DNA from: a virus
Taxonomy: Duplodnaviria > Caudoviricetes
Length of the DNA: 64,000 nucleotides
Direction: 5' to 3' (one strand)
IMG/VR virus record: IMGVR_UViG_3300001598_000034
Location: 32,001 to 96,000 of that record
A program made the position numbers and the translations under genes. The stretch's first letter is position 1, and each line of letters begins with the position of its first letter. The notes under the pieces are model-generated. The model saw nothing but the letters and a program-made list of their open reading frames with translations, was not told the DNA's origin and searched no databases. Of the stretch, positions 1-7,031 are shown piece after piece.

Positions 1-32
1 TTTACTATCTATAATCACTACTATCCCTCCTT

Positions 33-1919
33 TTATTTAAACAAAGCAGTTTGTTCTTCTGTGGCAGGATGTAACTCAATAACCTTAGTATCGTCTGTAT
101 CATTGCAAACACTTGAGAACTCATTTACAAGTGCAGCTTCAGATCTGCTATTGAAAATTAATTCATCAATACTAATAACTCCACCGTTCGCCAAGTGTTC
201 ATCTAAGCACACCTCAAAATATTTTTCAAGCATAGACAAAGACTCATATTCAGAATCACCTTCATCAGCATCATCAACAAGAGATGCAAAGTTAGTAATC
301 ACATCCTCAATAAACTCAATATACTCTCTCCTCAATTTCTCTGGTGCATGAATAATATGAGCTAAGAAATCAATAAAGTAGTAATTAGTTTCAGAGTGGT
401 CATGAATAAACTGACTAATAAATAAAACATTCTGATCAAAAACATTAGAAATTAACGCTTTTTGATATTTAGACAAACCTTCCCAGAATGCAATCAAATT
501 CCAATTATTATTTACAACATCCGTAGAGTTGAGAGTAAGTGCCGCGATCTTAAACCCGTCAGCAGTGTATAGAGAATTAAACAAATCACTGTCTTCTGCT
601 AAATCATAGCTGCTAGCTGAAATATAGGTTTTAAGCAAGTAAGCATGCGCTCTGGCATCCATGTTTTTGATAAGAGACTCAGTATTATAGGTATTAATAA
701 GATTATACCCATTAGTATAGTCAATTGCATCCGGAATACCAATGTCGTCTCTAACCTCTACCATATCACGCGCATCGAAGAATCTAATAATGTCACTATT
801 ATTAACATTAGCAGCATTATAATCAAAAGACATGCTTTCAAGATAATTCATGGTACCGATTTCAATGTCTTCCAATAACTCTGCAGGTGCTGGAGTTACT
901 TGTGCTACTCTTAATGCTTGAGGTGCTTGTGTTTCTTTTTCTTCTTTTTTGCTTTCTGTTGAGCGATTACTGACAGAGTATTTATTAACATAAGTACCTG
1001 TTTCATAGTATCTACCATAGTAAGGATTTGTAAGATATTCTGAACAATAGTAGCCTTTAGCCACAGCATAAGAAGAAGCATTCTTAGTAACCTTAGTTTT
1101 AATTTCCGGATTACCAGGACCAATATTTTCCTTTTTCAGCATAGCTTTCTCTTCTTCCTCTGTAAGAGCAAAGATATCACTAAGTTTTAGATCTTTTTGG
1201 AAACTGTTGCATTTAACACGTGCTTTATATGTAACGTCCTTATCAAAAGTACCAAGTACTACATAGAAACATACTTCATTTTCATTTGCATCATCAATAC
1301 CACTCCAAAAAGCAGACATAGAATTATGTGAATGAAGTTCACACACAAGCTCATTCTCAGTGCGCAACGTTTGAATCTTAGGATCATCTGGATAACTTAC
1401 ACTAGCCTTAGAAATCTTTTGTTCAGGATAATAAATAAAGTATTCATCTGTGCCACGTTTCTTATAAATCTGTGCAGCAGCTTCATCACCAGAATCTTTA
1501 TAAATAATATTAAAAGACCCAATAATTTCTTTGATAAGATCAGCAGGAATTTTATTATTAATTGTAAGTTCTTTAATTCCCTCATTTGCATCTTCAAGTA
1601 ATGCACACTCTTTTACTTTTTCTACAACCTGTATATTATTTCCTCCAACGTGCATACTTGTTTTCACATAAAGACCACCTTTAGCAGGGAAATAAATATT
1701 CTGTTCAGTATCAGCTTCAGCTTCAGCAGCATAAACAGAATCCACAAATTTATTTCGTGCAAACAACATAGTCTTTTTAATTCTTTCAAGAGCAGCTTCT
1801 TGTTCCTTAGTACGTTTAGGAGTAGTTGTTACTTGTTCTACAGTAGTGCCACTACCTCCACTGTACTTTTTCCATAAATTTTTATAATCTTCATAATATT
1901 TAGAATAATTATACGTCAT
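33..1919 (-). CDS. Prokaryotic JAB/MPN+ metallopeptidase (PRTRC protein A-like) with long C-terminal extension
   Basis: Upstream Glu (GDEAAAQI) plus ELHSHNSMSAFWSGIDDANE = JAMM HxH-x7-S-x2-D motif; neighbours E2 and Ubl genes. Confidence 0.85.
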   Translation of the reverse strand: MTYNYSKYYEDYKNLWKKYSGGSGTTVEQVTTTPKRTKEQEAALERIKKTMLFARNKFVDSVYAAEAEADTEQNIYFPAKGGLYVKTSMHVGGNNIQVVEKVKECALLEDANEGIKELTINNKIPADLIKEIIGSFNIIYKDSGDEAAAQIYKKRGTDEYFIYYPEQKISKASVSYPDDPKIQTLRTENELVCELHSHNSMSAFWSGIDDANENEVCFYVVLGTFDKDVTYKARVKCNSFQKDLKLSDIFALTEEEEKAMLKKENIGPGNPEIKTKVTKNASSYAVAKGYYCSEYLTNPYYGRYYETGTYVNKYSVSNRSTESKKEEKETQAPQALRVAQVTPAPAELLEDIEIGTMNYLESMSFDYNAANVNNSDIIRFFDARDMVEVRDDIGIPDAIDYTNGYNLINTYNTESLIKNMDARAHAYLLKTYISASSYDLAEDSDLFNSLYTADGFKIAALTLNSTDVVNNNWNLIAFWEGLSKYQKALISNVFDQNVLFISQFIHDHSETNYYFIDFLAHIIHAPEKLRREYIEFIEDVITNFASLVDDADEGDSEYESLSMLEKYFEVCLDEHLANGGVISIDELIFNSRSEAALVNEFSSVCNDTDDTKVIELHPATEEQTALFK

Positions 1920-1938
1920 GCAAATATCATCCCTTTCA

Positions 1939-2739
1939 TTAATTACCTCCTATTATATTCTCAAACAAGTTAGTTACATTTGTGCCTATTCTTTTCAAAT
2001 ATTGACATGGGAATTCCTTAATCTCTGGTCTAGTTCCTAATTTAGAAATAAGTTCATACTGAGTTGTAATCTCATTTCCAAGAATACCGCCTGGAACTGG
2101 CATCCAATGAGACCCATCACAGACATCTAAATCATGGTTACCGATGGAAGTATAAAGCATAGTTGGGAAATAGTCTACATTAGATTCCGGTACAATTCCA
2201 AGAATATCGTGTCCCATACAACAATTATGCCCAGAATTAAATACATTAGTAAATGGGTAACGATAATAAGTAGTCATCTCCAGAGGCATATTAGTTGTAC
2301 TTAATGCATATGCGTATTGACCATTAAAATTAAACTCACGCTTTCCACAGTCTTCGACTAAAGTTCCTAAAGTAATAATACATAATGGAGGAAACGGTAT
2401 TCTAAACATTCGTAAATTATTTACATTATAGCCTTTGAAACGTTGGTCATGAGAATCTGGAATATATTCATCTAAAGACCCAAACTTAGAAATATCTCTT
2501 GGCGTCCATGATAATACAATATCATTTATGCATCCGTCATAAATAAACAAATACCCACGTCTTCTACCACGATCTATAATATGTCTGCAATTCTTAGGAA
2601 TCTTCATATTAACTTCAATAGTATCAGATGCCAAAGCCTTACATATAGAAGCGGTATCTACTATTTTAGTAGATACCGTTCCATCGCAAAGATCTATTAT
2701 TACTTTTGCAGTTCCATCATTTTTAAAATCTACAAGCAT
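1939..2739 (-). CDS. Prokaryotic E2 family protein (Prok-E2_D / PRTRC protein B-like)
   Basis: YRYPFTNVFNSGHNCCMG resembles the PFxNV-x2-G-x2-CxG catalytic segment; adjacent to JAB. Confidence 0.7.
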   Translation of the reverse strand: MLVDFKNDGTAKVIIDLCDGTVSTKIVDTASICKALASDTIEVNMKIPKNCRHIIDRGRRRGYLFIYDGCINDIVLSWTPRDISKFGSLDEYIPDSHDQRFKGYNVNNLRMFRIPFPPLCIITLGTLVEDCGKREFNFNGQYAYALSTTNMPLEMTTYYRYPFTNVFNSGHNCCMGHDILGIVPESNVDYFPTMLYTSIGNHDLDVCDGSHWMPVPGGILGNEITTQYELISKLGTRPEIKEFPCQYLKRIGTNVTNLFENIIGGN

Positions 2740-2741
2740 TA

Positions 2742-3449
2742 TTATGCCTTTCTAAATACAAATCTACCCGTTTCAGGATCCAATACAAACCTCCCAGATT
2801 TAGGGGCTGACTCTTCTTTTACTGCCACTACCTCTTCTCTAGCATTCTCTTCCTCAATGGCGTCAAGCTCATTAAGTTCGCTAGCAGTAGGTTCCTCATC
2901 GTCTTTTTCTTTATCATCGGCATCTAGAAAGTGCTCGCCTTCAAGTAAAGAATTAATACGCTCTTCAAAATCCGCATCATCAAACTTTACTCTATCAGTA
3001 GTTTTTTTAGGGGCTTCAATTTCTTTTTTAGCATGCACCGCCAAATATTCACGAGCAGCATCGATTTCTCCATCTGGACAATTCATCCACATAATATTAC
3101 CATTATAAATAGGCACACCCTTTTGATATTGAGTATTACCATTAACAGTAATCTCGCGGTATGCTTGAACATTACCATTATTATTAGTAACTTTCATAAC
3201 AGATTCTGCACGTTCAACACGGTCCTCAGGAACCTCTTTTTCAACAGCTTCATCAATGCTCTTCTTCAATTGAGCAAAGTCTTTACGCATTTGCTCTCTA
3301 GCATCCGCTATCTTAATATTGATCTCATCCTGTACACTTTGGAATTCTTTAAACATATGATCCAAAGCTAATACAATATTCCCGGGGTTAGACTCAAACT
3401 TTTCAAAATTAGGTAACATCTTATTTCTCCTTTTCATTAAATACTTCAA
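2742..3449 (-). CDS. Hypothetical acidic coiled-coil protein (start probably MLPNF at 3419)
   Basis: ORF tightly packed in operon; AAGGAG RBS before 3419. Confidence 0.6.
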   Translation of the reverse strand: MKYLMKRRNKMLPNFEKFESNPGNIVLALDHMFKEFQSVQDEINIKIADAREQMRKDFAQLKKSIDEAVEKEVPEDRVERAESVMKVTNNNGNVQAYREITVNGNTQYQKGVPIYNGNIMWMNCPDGEIDAAREYLAVHAKKEIEAPKKTTDRVKFDDADFEERINSLLEGEHFLDADDKEKDDEEPTASELNELDAIEEENAREEVVAVKEESAPKSGRFVLDPETGRFVFRKA

Positions 3450-4272
3450 TAATTTTCTGGGTAGGCAATTTCTTAAATTTTTCTACAAACTTAATACATC
3501 CATCCTTAGCTACTGTTGCAAATGCCCCAGTATCATGTACACTTTCAGAACATTTCTGTATTACATATTCTTTTTGAAAATTTTCAAGAAGCTGTATTCT
3601 ACAAACACGGCAAGTGTCAGTAGTAGCTACAGGATTTTTACCAAAAGAAATATCTGGTACATAACCAATGCCTAACCCTCTGTTTAACGATTCATAAACG
3701 TCAGGAAGATAATGTTCCAAGAAACAACCTAGCTTAACACAATATTTTAACTGTGCTAATTCTACTTTAAATCTACTAGCAGTATAATTATTATCAAAAT
3801 AATTATAAGGAACATTATATACTAGCGTATTTTTATTTTTTAAATAATCAATATACTCATTTGACTTTGCCAAATTATAAACAGAGATAATCCATGCCCA
3901 TTTAGTAAAATCAAAAATAGCTGGTGGTAAGGTAATAATTGTCTTACTTAATTCACAATGTGTATCTATCATCAAATTACTATTATGTATATATTTCATA
4001 ACTAATTTATTACAGTCTTCTTTATACATAGTAGTAAAGTTATATAATGGAGTGTCATATATTTCCCAAAAGCAATTTTCATGAACATCAGTCAATGGGA
4101 TATATTTCTTAATTTCTCTTAAATAATTCCAAATACCCTCTAAACATCTTAATTTAGGAGATGCATTTAATAATGTCTCTTTAGTAATGTTTTCAGGATG
4201 GTTTACACCATTCATATAAGAGTAACTAAACAAACTTTCGATAAACATTGTTGCATTAGGTATCATACTCAT
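3421..4272 (-). CDS. Hypothetical protein in Ubl/E2/JAB operon
   Basis: 283 aa ORF with ATGA-type overlap with upstream gene. Confidence 0.6.
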   Translation of the reverse strand: MSMIPNATMFIESLFSYSYMNGVNHPENITKETLLNASPKLRCLEGIWNYLREIKKYIPLTDVHENCFWEIYDTPLYNFTTMYKEDCNKLVMKYIHNSNLMIDTHCELSKTIITLPPAIFDFTKWAWIISVYNLAKSNEYIDYLKNKNTLVYNVPYNYFDNNYTASRFKVELAQLKYCVKLGCFLEHYLPDVYESLNRGLGIGYVPDISFGKNPVATTDTCRVCRIQLLENFQKEYVIQKCSESVHDTGAFATVAKDGCIKFVEKFKKLPTQKIIEVFNEKEK

Positions 4273-4565
4273 ATAAGAATTCTCCTCTTTCTAGATTTCT
4301 TTGATTCAGGAATTTTATTCATCAAGATTAATTGTAATGCTTCAAGGGATTCAACATTATTTCTCCTAATGTTTTCATTAACAGTATGTAAATAGTACAT
4401 TCCATAATCGAGGAGGTCATCCTTTGGAAAGTCCTTATCTAATAGTTCTTCTAAGGTATTAGCCTCAAATAAAGATTTAATATTATTATCGTTCTTATCT
4501 AAATACACATTAGGTAAAGACTTGACACCAGCAAGTAAGTCTAATTCAGTATTATCGTTTTGCAT
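4269..4565 (-). CDS. Hypothetical protein
   Basis: 98 aa ORF with AAGGAG RBS. Confidence 0.6.
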   Translation of the reverse strand: MQNDNTELDLLAGVKSLPNVYLDKNDNNIKSLFEANTLEELLDKDFPKDDLLDYGMYYLHTVNENIRRNNVESLEALQLILMNKIPESKKSRKRRILI

Positions 4566-4612
4566 CTACATAATGTTCTCCTTTTTACTAAAAACGAAAA
4601 TTTTAAAAACCT

Positions 4613-4705
4613 TCGCCCTATGAATATTAAAATATACTATTCTTGCCGAAGACGCAATGATCTCCTCAAAGGCAGTAATAATATATTTTAATATTCATAG
4701 GGCGA
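4613..4705. repeat. Perfect 24-bp inverted repeat (IR1), putative RNA processing stem
   Basis: tcgccctatgaatattaaaatata (4613-4636) / tatattttaatattcatagggcga (4682-4705). Confidence 0.9.
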
Positions 4706-4809
4706 TTAAATAACTTGATCAGCTGTTTTTGTTTTACGTTTTTTATTTATATGTTAAATATCTCTTAGCTGACCTATTTAAGTCGCCCTATGTAGTGACT
4801 AAGGGAGCT

Positions 4810-4885
4810 GATTAGCAGCCATTAGTCTGTGTACGTACAGACTAACGGGTCAGATTAGCAGCCCTTAGTCTGTGCACGTACAGAC
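4810..4885. repeat. 33-nt direct duplication of the Ubl gene 3' end (2 mismatches)
   Basis: gattagcagccattagtctgtgtacgtacagac (4810-4842) vs gattagcagcccttagtctgtgcacgtacagac (4853-4885). Confidence 0.9.
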
Positions 4886-5100
4886 AAGTTTGCACTGTAT
4901 ACATGCATACCATTTGCATCCACGCCATCATCACTCCAAGAGGAAATGCGTGCGTTAGTGGGGAGGTTAGGAACTTGAGCACGAACTGCCTCAATGCAGT
5001 CTTCATCACTGAGAACTTCATCAGCAGTCATGAAGGGGAACTCAAAATCTCCATATCCAGCCACACGAATAATCTTCTTAATCATTTCATTTTGTTGCAT
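4855..5100 (-). CDS. Prokaryotic ubiquitin-like protein (PRTRC protein C / Prok_Ub-like)
   Basis: 81 aa; VPNLPTNA and C-terminal QTKG-C resemble the YPELTTA...GTKG pattern of PRTRC-C; first gene of the E2/JAB operon; AAGGAG RBS. Confidence 0.7.
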   Translation of the reverse strand: MQQNEMIKKIIRVAGYGDFEFPFMTADEVLSDEDCIEAVRAQVPNLPTNARISSWSDDGVDANGMHVYSANLSVRAQTKGC

Positions 5101-5159
5101 AGTAGTAATCTCCTTAAAATTTTAAATAGTTTTTGGTTGTACTTTAACTGCCAGCTTGC

Positions 5160-5260
5160 ATACTATTCGTGATTAATATAACTCGATAACGATCTCTTAA
5201 TCTCCGAATCTCACTTTCAGGCGTAATTATCGCCGATACTTTCACGACAGTTTCGTATAT
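5160..5260 (-). ncRNA. Putative structured RNA module in operon leader
   Basis: Minus-strand pairings acugucguga/ucacga-a-uagu and cgauaau/guuaucg, with G-U wobbles only on the minus strand. Confidence 0.4.
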
Positions 5261-5310
5261 ACTATATTTCGGCTCCACTCAAAATATAGTTCTATAGATG
5301 AACCATTATC

Positions 5311-5517
5311 TATAGATATAATATTCTTTGTAACCGCGATCATCTCCCGAGATGTACTGGACGGTTCCTGGCAATGATCATTCGAGGCGCTGCCGGTACC
5401 GGCGGGCGACACTCTTCATACGGGCGTATGCTCTAAGCATACGCCATGAAATAGAAAGAAAGAGAATTCCCTTTCATTTTTTAAATTAAAGGTCTTACAA
5501 AGAATATTATATCTATA
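5311..5517. ncRNA. Putative ncRNA module closed by perfect 23-bp inverted repeat (IR2), GC-rich multi-stem interior
   Basis: Arms 5311-5333 / 5495-5517; internal stems ggcgtatgct/agcatacgcc, gccg-gtac-cggc, gatcat/atgatc, catctc/gagatg. Confidence 0.6.
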
Positions 5518-5558
5518 TACAATGTATATATTTATTTACAATGGATATGCATAAATAT

Positions 5559-5685
5559 AATAACAAGTATAGGTAGTGCTTTTAGGAGGATTTTAAGTTA
5601 TTTATCGAAAGGAGGTGTTATTTTATATGCATCAAAGGAGGTGTGATGTTTTAAAAGAGACAAGCACCAACCTATACTTGTTATT
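5559..5685 (-). ncRNA. Putative ncRNA module closed by perfect 16-bp inverted repeat (IR3), carrying three anti-SD-like motifs
   Basis: Arms 5559-5574 / 5670-5685; plus-strand taggagga 5583-5590, aaaggaggtgt 5608-5618 and 5634-5644. Confidence 0.55.
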
Positions 5686-5691
5686 CGAGCT

Positions 5692-5993
5692 AATAGATAT
5701 TTAAATATGCTAACTAACAAAAATTTTGTGAAGTCTATTTGAACAAAAATCATAAAATGTCGGTAGCCTCTCTGTGGATTATTGGAATTCGTCTATGTGC
5801 AGGATCGGATAACGGTCAAGATACAAGTATAACAGGATCTTGCCGATTATCAGATCCTTGCATCTATGAGACGTTTCCAATACTCCACAGGAGGGCGTAC
5901 GAATTTTGTGATGTTTGTGCAAATTAAAAGTTGGAAGAGGAAGAACTCTTCCTCCATATGATAACTCTTAGTTAGCATATTTAAATATCTATT
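5692..5993. ncRNA. Putative ncRNA module closed by perfect 26-bp inverted repeat (IR4), enclosing a ~185-nt imperfect rod hairpin
   Basis: Arms 5692-5717 / 5968-5993; interior 5738-5924 self-complementary (ctgtgga/tccacag, tattggaa/ttccaata, ggatc/gatcc, caagat/atcttg). Confidence 0.6.
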
Positions 5994-6009
5994 GTAAAAA
6001 AGGAGGGAC

Positions 6010-6041
6010 TTCTATACCGAGCTTTTCAGCACGGTATAGAA
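6010..6041. repeat. Hairpin ttctataccg-N12-cggtatagaa
   Basis: 10-bp perfect stem just downstream of the minus-strand promoter at 6071-6107. Confidence 0.7.
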
Positions 6042-6070
6042 GGTAGGAAGAAAAAATCTAAAGCATCCTA

Positions 6071-6107
6071 CATAATACTTATACCATTTTTTACTCAATT
6101 TTTTCGA
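6071..6107 (-). promoter_or_regulatory. Class B phage promoter
   Basis: TCGAAAAAAT-N12-GGTATAAGTATTATG; same 37-nt layout as 6183-6219 and 50077-50113. Confidence 0.7.
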
Positions 6108-6182
6108 CTACAAAATTGGTATTAAATAGCATAAGTATTCAGCTCCCGTAAACCACTCATTGGAACATACTAAATATCTCCG

Positions 6183-6219
6183 CATAATACTTATACCATT
6201 TTATACTATATTTTTTTGA
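6183..6219 (-). promoter_or_regulatory. Class B phage promoter
   Basis: TCAAAAAAAT-N12-GGTATAAGTATTATG. Confidence 0.7.
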
Positions 6220-6229
6220 TCTAAAAAAC

Positions 6230-6240
6230 AGGTATAATAT
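6230..6240 (+). promoter_or_regulatory. Class A phage promoter (AGGTATAATAT)
   Basis: Exact 11-mer recurring in intergenic regions, co-oriented with downstream genes. Confidence 0.75.
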
Positions 6241-6275
6241 CAACTAGAAAATACTATATTAGGAAGGAGTCTTTT

Positions 6276-7031
6276 ATGACTACAGATAAAAACGATAAAG
6301 TATCTATTGGAGAAAAAGTTAAAACAAAGCATTCTATTCTAACTTATAATCCAGATACAAATTCTAATACCTTTCTAGACTATACCGAAAAGACCTTACA
6401 TACAAACTATGATAAGCTATATGAAATCAAAACAAAGAGAGGCTATAGCATAAAGGTAACAAATGACCATAGCTTAATAACTAATGGTTCTGAAGACTTT
6501 TTTGAAAAGGTGTCTCCAGATAAAGCTCTTGGTAAGTTTGTTCCAGTTCTGTATAGTTTAAAATGTGGATTTAAAAAGTACAAAACAGCAAAAGACTTAA
6601 TCAATGATAAGCATACAATAGAATTAACTGCAGAATTATTAAAGTATGATGATATGACTATATGCGCAATAATATCCTTATTGTCTGTACCAGATAAAGA
6701 TGATGAAAAGTTAATGCATATTAGATACTTTAATAAACTAGAAAAATACATTATTCTTTTACTACTTGCAAGGTTATCTTATTTTGTAGAGAAAATAACA
6801 GATGAAGAAATCTTAGCAACACTTTATAAAGGAAAACAAATACCAGAAAATAATAAACTAGTAGATGCAGAAGAAGTAGTTAACGACAATCCTGCTAATC
6901 CATACTTATCACTTCCTTACTCCTGGGATGAAATAATAGAAGTGAATGAAGTAGAGAGAGAAGAGATTACCTATGATTTCTCAGTGCCGCGATATCCATT
7001 ATTTATGGCGAATGGAATCATAGTATTTGAT
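6276..7031 (+). mobile_element. Intein fragment (putative IntC, 252 aa) lacking block A, ending VFD before +1 Thr
   Basis: Block B LYEIKTKRGYSIKVTNDH; block F/G TYDFSVPRYPLFMANGIIVFD/T. Confidence 0.8.

Noticed and set aside
4810-4885. Diversity-generating retroelement TR/VR pair
   Set aside because: Only 33 nt, mismatches not both at adenines, no RT seen
5334-5450. HDV-like, hammerhead or twister ribozyme
   Set aside because: Could not place the required pseudoknot or CUGAnGA/GAAA core on either strand
5739-5927. 62-aa plus-strand ORF
   Set aside because: TTG start without RBS; coincides with a long hairpin, so better explained as structured RNA
5100-6070. Retron msr-msd or CRISPR array
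   Set aside because: No reverse transcriptase or cas genes in the window; repeats are inverted and differ from one another, not direct repeats with spacers
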